From assembly GCA_964200925.1 (NCBI GenBank), contig CAXNEV010000001.1, positions 1 to 27,640 on the forward strand: 27,640 nt of DNA. Direction: 5' to 3'. The notes under the pieces were generated by a model. It searched no databases, was not told the origin of the DNA, and saw only the letters and a program-made list of their open reading frames with translations. Shown one piece after another: positions 1-9,632 of the stretch; within the stretch, counting starts at the first letter, position 1; each line of letters starts with the position of its first letter. Source of the DNA: Candidatus Latescibacterota bacterium (lineage in GTDB: Bacteria > Latescibacterota > UBA2968). The position numbers and the translations under genes are program-made.

Positions 1-2
1 GT

Positions 3-695
3 GTGGCTGAAGCACAAGAAGCCGGGGCGGAAATGGGTGTGGAGGTGATCCCTGGCATGGACTTGAGTGCTCAGGCAGGCAGCAAAGATATTCACATTTT
101 GGGATATTATATTGATCCGACCCATGCCGACTTGCAGATATTTTTGAAACAGTTTCGCGAAGCCCGCATTGACCGGGCTGACAAGATGGTAACGCAGTTG
201 AATCGCATGGGTTTGCGCGTGCAACTGTCACAGGTGCTGGCCAAAGCAGGCAATGCGGCAGTTGGGCGGCCTCATGTGGCTGATGTGCTTGTGGAAGAAG
301 GGTTTGTGTTTTCAGCAGACGAAGCGTTTCAAAAATATTTGGGATATGCCAAACCGGCGTATCAACCCAAGTTTGCACTTAAGCCTGCCGAAGCTATTGA
401 CGTGATCCACGCCGCAGGTGGATTGGCCTGTTTGGCTCATCCGGCCCTTTATTCGCAGGACAGTTTGATCGCTGGATTGGTGGCTCAGGGAATGGATGGT
501 ATTGAAGTGATGCACATCAAACATGATGCCGGGGTTGTGGCAAAATATTCGGCCATGGCGGAGCAATATGGTTTGTTAAAAACAGGTGGTTCGGATTGTC
601 ATGGCGATGGCCGTGGGGATGCCGTGATGGGGAGGGTGAAGGTACCCTGTGCTTTTTTGGATGCACTTAAAACCCGGTGGGCATCTCGTCAATAA
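3..695 (+). CDS. PHP-domain phosphoesterase (YciV/TrpH-like), 5'-truncated by the window edge
   Basis: Motifs IPGMDLS, HILGY, GRPHVA, LAHP, GIEVMH and GGSDCHG match the PHP family. The N-terminal HxH motif is absent, so the true start lies upstream of the window. Confidence 0.9.
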   Translation: MAEAQEAGAEMGVEVIPGMDLSAQAGSKDIHILGYYIDPTHADLQIFLKQFREARIDRADKMVTQLNRMGLRVQLSQVLAKAGNAAVGRPHVADVLVEEGFVFSADEAFQKYLGYAKPAYQPKFALKPAEAIDVIHAAGGLACLAHPALYSQDSLIAGLVAQGMDGIEVMHIKHDAGVVAKYSAMAEQYGLLKTGGSDCHGDGRGDAVMGRVKVPCAFLDALKTRWASRQ

Positions 696-727
696 ACAGT
701 TGTTATTGATCTGGATTGGAATAGGGT

Positions 728-973
728 ATGACTATTAAGGTTTTGTTTTTTGCATCGTGTCGAGATCTGGTCGGAGCATCGGAGCAAGATGTTGCATTGC
801 CAGAAGGAGCAACAGTGCAGAACTTGATTTCAGAAATTGTTTCTGAACATTCTCGGTTTATTGCCATGGCACCCAGTTTGATGGTATCGGTAAATCAGGA
901 ATACCAAAAACGGGAAACAGTGTTGCACAATGGGGACGAGGTGGCATTTATTCCGCCGGTGAGCGGAGGGTGA
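728..973 (+). CDS. moaD: Molybdopterin synthase sulfur-carrier subunit
   Basis: 81 aa ubiquitin-like protein with VLFFA at the N-terminus and DEVAFIPPVSGG C-terminal di-Gly; adjacent to moaE. Confidence 0.95.
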   Translation: MTIKVLFFASCRDLVGASEQDVALPEGATVQNLISEIVSEHSRFIAMAPSLMVSVNQEYQKRETVLHNGDEVAFIPPVSGG

Positions 974-1076
974 CACGCGTTTGAATCTTTGCATATGCGT
1001 TCCCACTGTTCCTTTGTGTTTGACGGTTGGATAAATGGCATGAAATTTTGGGAGCAATATCAGGGAGTTTGGCATA

Positions 1077-1529
1077 ATGGCTGATGATATTTATCGCATT
1101 CAGGAAGAAGAGATAAAACCGGATGCGCTTCATTGCGCAGTACTTTCCAACTCGGATGGGGCGGTAACAACCTTTGCGGGTGTGGTGCGCGACAATACCA
1201 AAGGACGCGGCACATCCTATTTGGTTTATGATGCTTATAAAAGTATGGCAGAAAAGAAAATGCGCGAAATAGGCGAAGAGATAAAAACGCGATGGGACGT
1301 GCATTGTGTGGGCATTTTGCACCGAATAGGTCGAATGGAAATTGGGGAAATCAGCGTGTTGATTGCCATTTCCTCCCCTCACCGCAAGGCGTCATTGGAG
1401 GCATGTCACTACGCGATTGACCGCTTAAAAGAAACGGTGCCAATCTGGAAAAAAGAAATGTGGACAGACGGTGGTGAGGCCTGGATTGAAGGTGATCCGT
1501 CATCGACAAAATTGGGAGCATCGCAATGA
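1077..1529 (+). CDS. moaE: Molybdopterin synthase catalytic subunit
   Basis: Motifs GAVTTFAGVVRD, HRIGRMEIGE, SSPHRKASLEACHYAIDRLK and VPIWKKE. Confidence 0.95.
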   Translation: MADDIYRIQEEEIKPDALHCAVLSNSDGAVTTFAGVVRDNTKGRGTSYLVYDAYKSMAEKKMREIGEEIKTRWDVHCVGILHRIGRMEIGEISVLIAISSPHRKASLEACHYAIDRLKETVPIWKKEMWTDGGEAWIEGDPSSTKLGASQ

Positions 1530-2023
1530 TTGGATTCAGCTGGGTGATTGACGGAGAATTGGCTGGGATGGGACAGCCTGGGTTAATCGACACACTGGGT
1601 GAAGATCTTCAGGCGCTGGTTGATGAAGGCGTTGGGGCTGTTGTGACATTGACGGAGCAAAGGTTGAGTGAAAATGCGGTTAATTTGACAAATTTAGACG
1701 TGCTCCATGTACCCATACGCGATATGATGTCCCCTTCAAGAGGGGATATCGATCATTTTGTGGCATTTGCAGAAGAGTCTATTGCCGATCACAAACCGGT
1801 TGTGGTACATTGTTTTGCTGGACGGGGACGCACGGGTACCATGCTGGCGTGTTTTATGGTTCACCGGGGCATGAATCCGGCGCAGGCCATTGGTTATATT
1901 CGTGACCGCCGTCCGGGTTCGATTGAAACAGATGCGCAGGTGCTGTCAGTATTTGATTATGCCCGGTATTTATCAGAACAGCGGTTGGAGAATAAAATGG
2001 AAAAAACCAAGAGCCGCAATTGA
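1526..2023 (+). CDS. Dual-specificity/protein-tyrosine phosphatase family protein (CX5R)
   Basis: Catalytic loop VHCFAGRGRTG, acid loop HVPIRD and C-terminal RPGSIET..Q; ATGA overlap with the moaE stop. Confidence 0.9.
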   Translation: MIGFSWVIDGELAGMGQPGLIDTLGEDLQALVDEGVGAVVTLTEQRLSENAVNLTNLDVLHVPIRDMMSPSRGDIDHFVAFAEESIADHKPVVVHCFAGRGRTGTMLACFMVHRGMNPAQAIGYIRDRRPGSIETDAQVLSVFDYARYLSEQRLENKMEKTKSRN

Positions 2024-2061
2024 ACCAGGGATGGCGTCAGGGGTACAACGAGGTGGTGTGA

Positions 2062-2835
2062 TTATGTAGAGATGATGAAGACTTCTCCCTGTTCCAGTTT
2101 GTGAAATCGATTTTGCAACTCAGGAGAAAGGGTTGCGCGCAATTCGTCTGGATAACCCACGGTCCAGTAGCTGTTTTGTTCGGTGGGCTCATAGGTATTA
2201 AAATGTTGGGGAAAGATGTGATCGGGCTGGGCAAATTCGATGAGGGTTTTGGACGCGGCGATATGGGTATTGTGCAGGGTGGGTGAGACAAAGAGCACGT
2301 TGATGTCGGCAAAGTCTTCGAGGTGTTCGTGAAGCAGGACAGTATCGCCGGGTTGATAGACTTTAAGGCCTTGCAGGGTAAAAACATATCCACAATCGTC
2401 AAGGTTGGCACGGCGATAGACGGTGAAATGGGTGTGGCCGTGCAGGGCGCGTTTGGGTTCGACAGGGATGTTGCAAATTTCAAAGGGTTGAAAAGGCCGC
2501 GCAACGGTGATCCGGTTTTCTGGAACACCGATTTTTTTTGCCTTTTCCATACAATTTGCGGGCACCACAAATTGGCAGGAGGATGTTTCGGCGAGAATTT
2601 TAGAGGTGTTTTCACTGAAGTGGTCACCGTGTTCGTGGGTGATGAACTGCACATCGAGCACGGAAGCCAATACGGTTGTTGGAACCGGTGACGGTTGCAG
2701 CCGGTTTTTGCGGTCGAGATCCAGGTCGGTGGCGATCAGTTTGCCATTGGCGCGAATGAGCCAGCTCAGATTGCCCAACCAGCACAGGCCAATGCCGTTT
2801 TGAACGGAGAGAAGTTTTTCAAGAACGGGGTTCAT
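2062..2835 (-). CDS. MBL-fold metallo-hydrolase (UlaG-like)
   Basis: Motifs WLG..SWLI, ITHEHGDH, GDT and PQH, the usual metal-binding pattern of this fold. Confidence 0.85.
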   Translation of the reverse strand: MNPVLEKLLSVQNGIGLCWLGNLSWLIRANGKLIATDLDLDRKNRLQPSPVPTTVLASVLDVQFITHEHGDHFSENTSKILAETSSCQFVVPANCMEKAKKIGVPENRITVARPFQPFEICNIPVEPKRALHGHTHFTVYRRANLDDCGYVFTLQGLKVYQPGDTVLLHEHLEDFADINVLFVSPTLHNTHIAASKTLIEFAQPDHIFPQHFNTYEPTEQNSYWTVGYPDELRATLSPELQNRFHKLEQGEVFIIST

Positions 2836-2870
2836 GGGTGTGGTTCCTTTTTTAACAGGGTATTTTCACC

Positions 2871-3205
2871 ATGCCTTCGGCGACCTACTTTTGCTGGCGC
2901 GAACCGTGTCACACACAACCCCCTCCCTCCCGGTTTGTAACGACACAAAAGTAGGCAAAAAGTCGTTCCCTCAAATGCCGGGAGGGCTGATTTGACTCGC
3001 GGCTGCGCCGCTCATGCGAAACAAGGGGCACTTCGTGCCCAATCACCCGCTTCGCGGGTCTTGTTTGGTCCGCATCCCCACAGAATGCTCGACATGAAAT
3101 AGCCTGCCAGCGATAAAGGCGTTTCAAAAGGTGTTGCGAAACGGAATGGCGCGGAAAATCGGCAGATGGTCTTTTTAAATGGGGTTTTGAGTGTTGAACC
3201 TGTTG
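2871..3205. repeat. Modular dispersed intergenic repeat, copy A (longest, with two extra cassettes)
   Basis: Shares ATGCCTTCGGCGACC, GGCAAAAAG, GGAGG(G)CTGATTT and CGCGGAAAAT blocks with 18695-18980 and 19902-20136. The right boundary is approximate. Confidence 0.9.
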
Positions 3206-3232
3206 AGGTACGATACAACCTTTCGCGGTCGT

Positions 3233-5206
3233 TTACTGTTCGGTTTTGATGAAGATTTGTTCGTGTGTGAGCGGTCGTCCCCAAGCGCCATGGGATTCGG
3301 CAAATGACACATCGTTGGGAATATTTCCGAGGCGTTTGTTCGCCCCCCAAACGCGATAGGCCGCACCCAGCGGAATAGCAGGAATGTTGTTGGTGAACAA
3401 ATCGCGAGCCCTTGTCATACAGATGCGCACTTCGGCTGTGTCGGTGGTGGTGGCTGCCTGATCAAACAGACGGGTGCATTCTTTTAACCAGTCTGGGCCT
3501 TCTGTGCTGGCATTGCGGTGCCAGTAGGGCATATTGGGGCCGCTGATGACCCATTCTTCGCGGTTGCTCAACGGATCGTCGGCACTGTCGAACCACCAGT
3601 GGTGAACGTCAAATTCACCGCTGTATCGGCGAGGTACAATGATGTCGCGCAGTGCGGCAAAGGTGTTGACTTTGATGCCCACTGCCTGCCAATGGGCGGT
3701 GGCCAGTTCGGTGACATCGCCTTTGCCACTGGAACTGGTGGCAATGTCGATGGTGAATTCAAACCGCGAGCCATCGTGAAATTCGCGATACCCATCGCCA
3801 TTGGTGTCGCGATATCCTGCCTGGTCGAGCAATTTTTTGGCTTGATCGGGATCATAGTCGCTAAAGCGTTTAAAGGCTGTTTCATTGTAATAGGGATTGG
3901 GTGGATAAAAGGAATATCCAGCCGATACGAGAAAACCGTGGTAGAGCAACTGGCTGATTTCTTCGCGGTTGAGCGCTAAAGACAGGGCGATGCGCACATC
4001 GCGGTTGCGAAAGGCTTTGCGCAATTCTGGATTTGGCGCATCCCAATTGAGGTAAAAAACATGGGCTGGCACGGGGCCAGAGAGGTACACGCGAAATGTT
4101 CCGGTTGTCATTTCAGACTGTTTGAGGGTTTCAAACATGTCGATCTGGGAATAGCGCCCAAAAAGATCGAGTTCTCGGTTGATAAATTTGAGAAGGATGA
4201 CCTGGGTGTCGGGAATGATTTGAAACACGAGTCGGTCTGCATAGGGCAGTTGATTGCCTGCGGTGTCGATTTTCCAGTAGTAGGGGTTGCGTGTGTAAAC
4301 GATGCGCTGACCGTGAATCCACGATGCGGGTATCCAGGCCGATAAAGAGGGCATGCCGGGTGTGTAATAAAATTGGGCGCGGGTGGCTTTTTGCCGAAAT
4401 GTTTCATAAGAGGCTTTGGGATTGTATTTGGGATGCCAGTTTTCGAAAATGTGTTTGGGATAGGCGGCATCGTCCACACCGGCCAGGGTGTTGAGCAATT
4501 GACCCAGGGGTTTATCGGCAGACATGCAAATGGTGTAATCGTCAATTTTTTCCACGATGATGGGTTTGCCATTGACGGTGAAAGCTGGTGGAATGCCCGA
4601 GCGGTCTATGGGGCGGGCATCGTCATTGAAGAGCAGGTCGTTGTAAAAAAAGAGCACATCATCGGCGGTGAAAGGGTGGCCGTTGGACCAGCGGATGCCT
4701 TTGCGCAAGTGAAGAAAAAGTTTGGTTCCGCCCTTCTGGAAGGCCCAGCTTTCGGCCAGATTGGGTTCGAGAGAATCGCCCAGGGGGTGCGCAAAGGTGA
4801 GCAGGCCTTCGTTTTTGGCCTTCATCGTGGCGGGAATTTGCACGATGTCGCCGGTGAGCGCGCGGCGCAGTTCCCCACCGTAGGTGCCAATTTGTTCAAA
4901 GGGAACAATGACACGCGGGTTTTCGGGCAGGCGTTTGGAAATGGGTGGCAGGTTTCCTACTTGAACATCTGCTGTCCAGAGTGGGGATTCGTGAAAGGTG
5001 CGTTTGGCGAGAATTTCGGGATCAAGGGACAATGGAGCGCGGGTTTGTTGTAAGGTTGACGGTGTGGAGGTTGTGTGCGGGGTGTTGGATGTGTGTTGTT
5101 GTGGGTCGGGGGCAATGCAGCCAAAAAATAACAACATCATCAGTATGAGAAGGTTTTTGGGTGTGCGATCATTTTTGGATTTGTCAAGATGGGATTGAAA
5201 AGTCAC
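3233..5206 (-). CDS. ABC transporter family-5 (OppA/DppA-like) substrate-binding lipoprotein
   Basis: Lipobox-like LFFGC; motifs PNLAESW, LRKGIRWSNGHPFTADDVLF and RNPYYWKID..GNQLPYAD. GTG start is uncertain. No cognate permease adjacent. Confidence 0.9.
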   Translation of the reverse strand: MTFQSHLDKSKNDRTPKNLLILMMLLFFGCIAPDPQQHTSNTPHTTSTPSTLQQTRAPLSLDPEILAKRTFHESPLWTADVQVGNLPPISKRLPENPRVIVPFEQIGTYGGELRRALTGDIVQIPATMKAKNEGLLTFAHPLGDSLEPNLAESWAFQKGGTKLFLHLRKGIRWSNGHPFTADDVLFFYNDLLFNDDARPIDRSGIPPAFTVNGKPIIVEKIDDYTICMSADKPLGQLLNTLAGVDDAAYPKHIFENWHPKYNPKASYETFRQKATRAQFYYTPGMPSLSAWIPASWIHGQRIVYTRNPYYWKIDTAGNQLPYADRLVFQIIPDTQVILLKFINRELDLFGRYSQIDMFETLKQSEMTTGTFRVYLSGPVPAHVFYLNWDAPNPELRKAFRNRDVRIALSLALNREEISQLLYHGFLVSAGYSFYPPNPYYNETAFKRFSDYDPDQAKKLLDQAGYRDTNGDGYREFHDGSRFEFTIDIATSSSGKGDVTELATAHWQAVGIKVNTFAALRDIIVPRRYSGEFDVHHWWFDSADDPLSNREEWVISGPNMPYWHRNASTEGPDWLKECTRLFDQAATTTDTAEVRICMTRARDLFTNNIPAIPLGAAYRVWGANKRLGNIPNDVSFAESHGAWGRPLTHEQIFIKTEQ

Positions 5207-5216
5207 AGAAAAACGG

Positions 5217-5256
5217 CCCTCACCCTCAGTCCCGCTCCCGCATGCAGGAGCGGGAA
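5217..5256. repeat. REP-like palindrome of the CCCTCACCC type
   Basis: CCCTCACCCTCAG leader followed by the 9-bp stem TCCCGCTCC (5230-5238) / GGAGCGGGA (5247-5255); intergenic. Single copy in the window; family assignment is from recall. Confidence 0.55.
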
Positions 5257-5482
5257 GGTGTTGGTGGTATTGTTGTGTGGTTGGTTTTTTTGGTCAGGGT
5301 GAAACGGGGTGCTTTTGTGATCGTCTAATCAGGTGTATTGCATGATCCAATACCTCTACAAACGATGCCCACTGCGCCACCGAACAGGTGCAGATACGTA
5401 CTGGATACAATTGATGGCTGTGTGGGACAATATAAAAGGATGGTAGGAGCTTGGTAGTACGAAATGTGAGGAGGCTGTTGAA

Positions 5483-5986
5483 ATGGGTAAAAAAAACCGG
5501 TTGCTGATGGTTTGTTTGGGTATGATGACTTTGGGTTTGTGCGCGGTTTTTGGTGTCAGCTGGGCGGATGACGATGATCACGGCAGAAAACGGCGTGGAC
5601 ATGAGGATCATGAAAAAGCAGAACGCGGTAAAAACAAACACAAGGCAAAATTGATTACTGCAACAGATGCAACATTTGTTCAGACCTGTGGTGCCTGTCA
5701 TATGCCCTATGCGCCGGGTTTGTTGCCTTTGGCTTCGTGGAAAAATATTTTGAGTCACCAAGAGAATCATTTTGGTGAAGAACTGGGTATTGATCCAAAC
5801 GATCTTGCAAAAATTACTCTTTATTTGGAACAAAATGCTGCGGATAAACGAAATACAGAACTTTCAAAAAAGATTATGCGCAGTACGGGAGGACAGATGC
5901 CCGTGCGGATTACAGAGGTTCCGTACATTAAGGCCAAACACAAAAAGCGAAAGTTGGTGCCAGATTGCACGTCCTGTCATAAGTAG
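5483..5986 (+). CDS. Dihaem cytochrome c (DHC family)
   Basis: AGGAGG RBS, signal peptide, His/Asp-rich linker, two CXXCH motifs (CGACH, CTSCH), and HMPYAPGLLP, HFG and RITE motifs. Confidence 0.85.
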   Translation: MGKKNRLLMVCLGMMTLGLCAVFGVSWADDDDHGRKRRGHEDHEKAERGKNKHKAKLITATDATFVQTCGACHMPYAPGLLPLASWKNILSHQENHFGEELGIDPNDLAKITLYLEQNAADKRNTELSKKIMRSTGGQMPVRITEVPYIKAKHKKRKLVPDCTSCHK

Positions 5987-6036
5987 TTGGAATAACTTTT
6001 AAGGATGGGTTGGGTTTTAAAGCAGGGTTCATGAAT

Positions 6037-6074
6037 CAAACTGCCCGGTCAACATAATTTGATCGGGCAGTTTG
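6037..6074. terminator. Hairpin between convergent genes, probable bidirectional terminator
   Basis: 11-bp perfect stem CAAACTGCCCG / CGGGCAGTTTG between the cytochrome stop (5986) and the peptidase stop (6092). Confidence 0.7.
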
Positions 6075-6091
6075 TGTTGTGCTGATTTTTT

Positions 6092-7402
6092 TCAGGCGGT
6101 TTTGCATTCGAATGTTTTGATTAAAGACTGGATGGTTTCGAGCATTGTGCACGTGTTTTCGGCCATGTAGTCGGTGAGCATTTTTTGGGCATGGGCCTCG
6201 TTTCCGGCGTTAATGAGCTGGCGGCCATCGGAGGCGATTTGATAGGCAGTTTTGAAAAGTTGATTCTGAATGGTTTGCCACTGGGTGCGCATCTGAGGCA
6301 CGCGATCTTCGGGGTGTGATCGCACCAACTGGTTGAGTCTGTGAAACTGCCACCAGGGGCTTTTGCTGCTGAAAGTGGCATCACCCACGTTGAGGATGGT
6401 TGGAAGTTGGCCTTCGATGAAGGTGGGAAGAAACAGGGCAAGGCAGGGGGAATAAAAACCACACCAGTACACAGGCAGACATGAGCCATTGGCACACAGG
6501 TCGGCAACGAGGCTGGCTGCGGTGTTGCCACCGGTGCCATCCTGGTTGCAGTGGACACAAATGCCACCCTGTTTGAGGTCGGTTTGAAATGTTTGCGGGG
6601 GTGATTGGGCATTGCCGTGATCTGAGAGAAGGGCCATCATGGTGTGCACATCGATCTGGCCTTTTTGATGAGACAACACGGCACAGGATCGGGCGCGGCG
6701 CGTGGCCCCGCTGCCTTCGGTTCGGCTGGATTCTGTGAAGGCAGCGGCAAAATTGAACCGACCTGTGGGAGACGTTTTGCCCAGTTCAATGGCTTTTTGT
6801 TGGGCGCAGGACGACAGGCGTATCCAGTCGGTTTCGATTGAATAGACATTGCTGATGCCCAATGTGCTTTCCACTTTTTTGACGGCCCAGTCGTGACCAG
6901 CCGTTTCAATGACATAGGCTTCGTGTGGATCGGCCACGATGTAGCTGTTGTCATAGGTGCGCACATTTGAGGTATTTTCAAATTTGCCTTGGCCAAATTG
7001 CAATATGAGGTCGGTTATGACGGCAACGGCTTCCGAGGCGGTGCGACCGCGTTCCAGGCCGAGGCGCAATAGTTCCATGCCGATGAGTTTGGGCGTTTTG
7101 GAAACGGGCAAATGAGAATGTACGGCTTCGTTGCCAATGACAACCTGGTGTTCGTTGAATCCGTGTTCGTAGCCCCAGCACCAGAAGGGGCGTGATCCGA
7201 TGTGGCGATAGGTTTTTTGAACTTCAGGTATGGTGATGAACTGGCAATATGTTTGGGTATTTTGCGGATGTGTTTTTCGATCGCGGAGGATGAGTGGCTG
7301 GCATTCATCGGCCGGGCGGTCGCTGTTTTTGGCAAAAATGGTTTGGCCATTCAATGTGGCATTGCCGAGTGCAACCATTGTGTCACAACTTTGGGGTTTC
7401 AT
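6092..7402 (-). CDS. Peptidase C69 / secernin-like Ntn-hydrolase
   Basis: N-terminal SCDT (nucleophile Cys), AKNSDRP, WGYEHGFNEHQVVIGNEA and YIVADPHEAYVIETAG. ATG at 7402 with upstream AGGA is preferred over TTG at 7408. Confidence 0.9.
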   Translation of the reverse strand: MKPQSCDTMVALGNATLNGQTIFAKNSDRPADECQPLILRDRKTHPQNTQTYCQFITIPEVQKTYRHIGSRPFWCWGYEHGFNEHQVVIGNEAVHSHLPVSKTPKLIGMELLRLGLERGRTASEAVAVITDLILQFGQGKFENTSNVRTYDNSYIVADPHEAYVIETAGHDWAVKKVESTLGISNVYSIETDWIRLSSCAQQKAIELGKTSPTGRFNFAAAFTESSRTEGSGATRRARSCAVLSHQKGQIDVHTMMALLSDHGNAQSPPQTFQTDLKQGGICVHCNQDGTGGNTAASLVADLCANGSCLPVYWCGFYSPCLALFLPTFIEGQLPTILNVGDATFSSKSPWWQFHRLNQLVRSHPEDRVPQMRTQWQTIQNQLFKTAYQIASDGRQLINAGNEAHAQKMLTDYMAENTCTMLETIQSLIKTFECKTA

Positions 7403-7418
7403 TTGCAATATCCTGATT

Positions 7419-9620
7419 TTATGATTTTTCCTCTGTCTGAGGAACAGTTTTCATTGGAATGCGCACACAAAACTTCGCGCCCTTTTTTTCTTCACTTTCC
7501 ACATCTATCATCCCTCCATAAGCATTCAACAATTGTCGGGCCATATACAACCCTAACCCGGTGCCCTGGGGTCTGTCATTGTCTCCTGTTTTGGTGGTAT
7601 AAAAAGGGTCGAACAATTTTTCCAGATGGGCTTTTGGAATTCCACACCCCGTATCGAGAATTTCGACCAGAATCCCCTCGCCTGTCAGGTGAGTTGTCAC
7701 AACTGTTAGAATTTTTTCATTTTGATCGTACATGGCCTCAATGGCATTGCGCAACAAAATGCCAAATATTTGGGCAAAGTCCGAGTAAACCCCGGAAACA
7801 ATGGGCAAGTGCAGATCCAGATGAATCTCTGTTTTAACTTCTTTTTGAAAAAAGGGATCGGAATACAAAAAATCTAATTCCTGTTTGAGCAGGTGGTTCA
7901 AATCGACTCTGTCCGGTGTTTTTTTTTGTCGGTTTTTTGCCAAAATATTTTCGATCATAACATGCATATTTTCTGACGCAGACACAATGCGATCCACTTC
8001 GCTCAAATGGGGATGTTTCATTTTTAACATTTCGGCATAACCCAGTATGCTCGTCAACGGGTTTTTCAAATTGTGCACAATGCCTGCCGCCACAGTTCCC
8101 ATTGCGGCCATGCGCTCCGATTGCACCAGTTGGCGTTCCAACTGCCGCCGCGCCGAATCGGCCTGTTTGCGTTCGCGAATGTCGCGCACAGCCACCACGC
8201 CCACTGTTTTTCCAGCATAGGGCACTGACCGACCAATGACTTCAATGGGAAATTCTTCGCCTTTTTTGGGACAAATGGTTGCCTCAAAGGGCTGCTCGTT
8301 GTTGTCACGAATGTGGGTGATGGCCATCAAACGCGCCTGACGCCCCACAAAGCGCCAGCAGTTTTTTCCAATGAGTTCCGATCCTTTTGAGAACCCCAGC
8401 ATGCGTGCAAATTGGTCATTGGCATCTAAAATGACACCGCCCTGGTGAATAAAAATGCCCTCAAATGCCGATTCTGAAAGCATCCGAAATCGCGCTTCAC
8501 TTTCTCGCAATGCCGCTTCAGCAGCCAAACGATTTGTGATATTTCTGGCGGCACAGACCATGCCCAGCGTTTCACCAGCCGGATTTTGCAACATCGCTCC
8601 CGACAGCAACACTGGAATTTCCCGTTTGGTTTTGGTCAGTAGCCGTTTTTCCACGTTTCGAATAGTACCGTGTTGAAGCAGTTGCGCCACCATGGTACCG
8701 TCGAAAAATCCGTCCTGATCAGAAGCAAAAAGCATCTGGGCAGGTTGTTCAAGCAGTTCGGATTCCGCATAACCCAATAAATTGCACAATTCGATATTAA
8801 CTGTTTCAATGTACCCTTTAGGGGTCATCACAAACAGGGCATCATTCATCGACCTGAGAATGTTTTCTGTATAGTCGCGTGTTGCAATCAACGCCGTTTG
8901 AGACAGTTTCAGGTGATTGGTCATCTGATTGAATGCTTCTGATAACGTATGCAATTCATCAGAGGTATGCACCTCGATTTGCCGATCCAGATCGCCCATA
9001 GAAACAGCTTGGGTGGCTTCGGTTAACACCTTTAACGGACGCGTCACATGCCCGACAAAAAAGACGGTTAATATTGTTCCAAAAACAATGAACCCCGCGC
9101 CAAAGCCAAAATTCCAGTACTCAATTTCTGTGATTTCTGTTTGTATTTTGGCCAGGGAAAACCCCACTCGTACCCCTCCCAGCTTTTTTTGATTCACATC
9201 AATGGCTTTTGCCACATCTAAAATATGATGCGTCATTTGCACCATCACCGAATCAACCGCTACCGCGCGCAAACTCACCGGGTCGTTTAAAGGTTGTTTT
9301 CGCGATGGATTTTCATGGCCATCTGTTAAAATATATCCCGCATGGTCAAACACATACACATAAGAAACTTCATCCTGAGAAAGCACATTGGTGAGCAACG
9401 GCATCAGATTGTGATTGTTTGTTTCACCCATGGCATCCGAAACACCCGCGGCCAACAAAGATGTGATGGACAGGGCTTTGTTTAACAACCGCTGTTGGAT
9501 GACGGTTTCTTGCGATTGAATGTTGTGCAGCGTAATCAAAACTGTAAAAACAATTAAAAGCAGCACAATAAAAGAAATGAATTTGGCTTTTAAACGAAAT
9601 GCAATCGGTGCAAAATTCAA
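7419..9620 (-). CDS. Membrane sensor histidine kinase (2 TM, HAMP, 2 PAS, HisKA, HATPase_c)
   Basis: HAMP motif DELHTLSEAFNQM, two PAS repeats, H-box AAGIVHNLKNPL, N-box RNAIEAM, DTGCGI, FDPFYTTK and GTGLGL. TTG start. Confidence 0.92.
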   Translation of the reverse strand: MNFAPIAFRLKAKFISFIVLLLIVFTVLITLHNIQSQETVIQQRLLNKALSITSLLAAGVSDAMGETNNHNLMPLLTNVLSQDEVSYVYVFDHAGYILTDGHENPSRKQPLNDPVSLRAVAVDSVMVQMTHHILDVAKAIDVNQKKLGGVRVGFSLAKIQTEITEIEYWNFGFGAGFIVFGTILTVFFVGHVTRPLKVLTEATQAVSMGDLDRQIEVHTSDELHTLSEAFNQMTNHLKLSQTALIATRDYTENILRSMNDALFVMTPKGYIETVNIELCNLLGYAESELLEQPAQMLFASDQDGFFDGTMVAQLLQHGTIRNVEKRLLTKTKREIPVLLSGAMLQNPAGETLGMVCAARNITNRLAAEAALRESEARFRMLSESAFEGIFIHQGGVILDANDQFARMLGFSKGSELIGKNCWRFVGRQARLMAITHIRDNNEQPFEATICPKKGEEFPIEVIGRSVPYAGKTVGVVAVRDIRERKQADSARRQLERQLVQSERMAAMGTVAAGIVHNLKNPLTSILGYAEMLKMKHPHLSEVDRIVSASENMHVMIENILAKNRQKKTPDRVDLNHLLKQELDFLYSDPFFQKEVKTEIHLDLHLPIVSGVYSDFAQIFGILLRNAIEAMYDQNEKILTVVTTHLTGEGILVEILDTGCGIPKAHLEKLFDPFYTTKTGDNDRPQGTGLGLYMARQLLNAYGGMIDVESEEKKGAKFCVRIPMKTVPQTEEKS

Positions 9621-9632
9621 GAGAGCCTCGGT

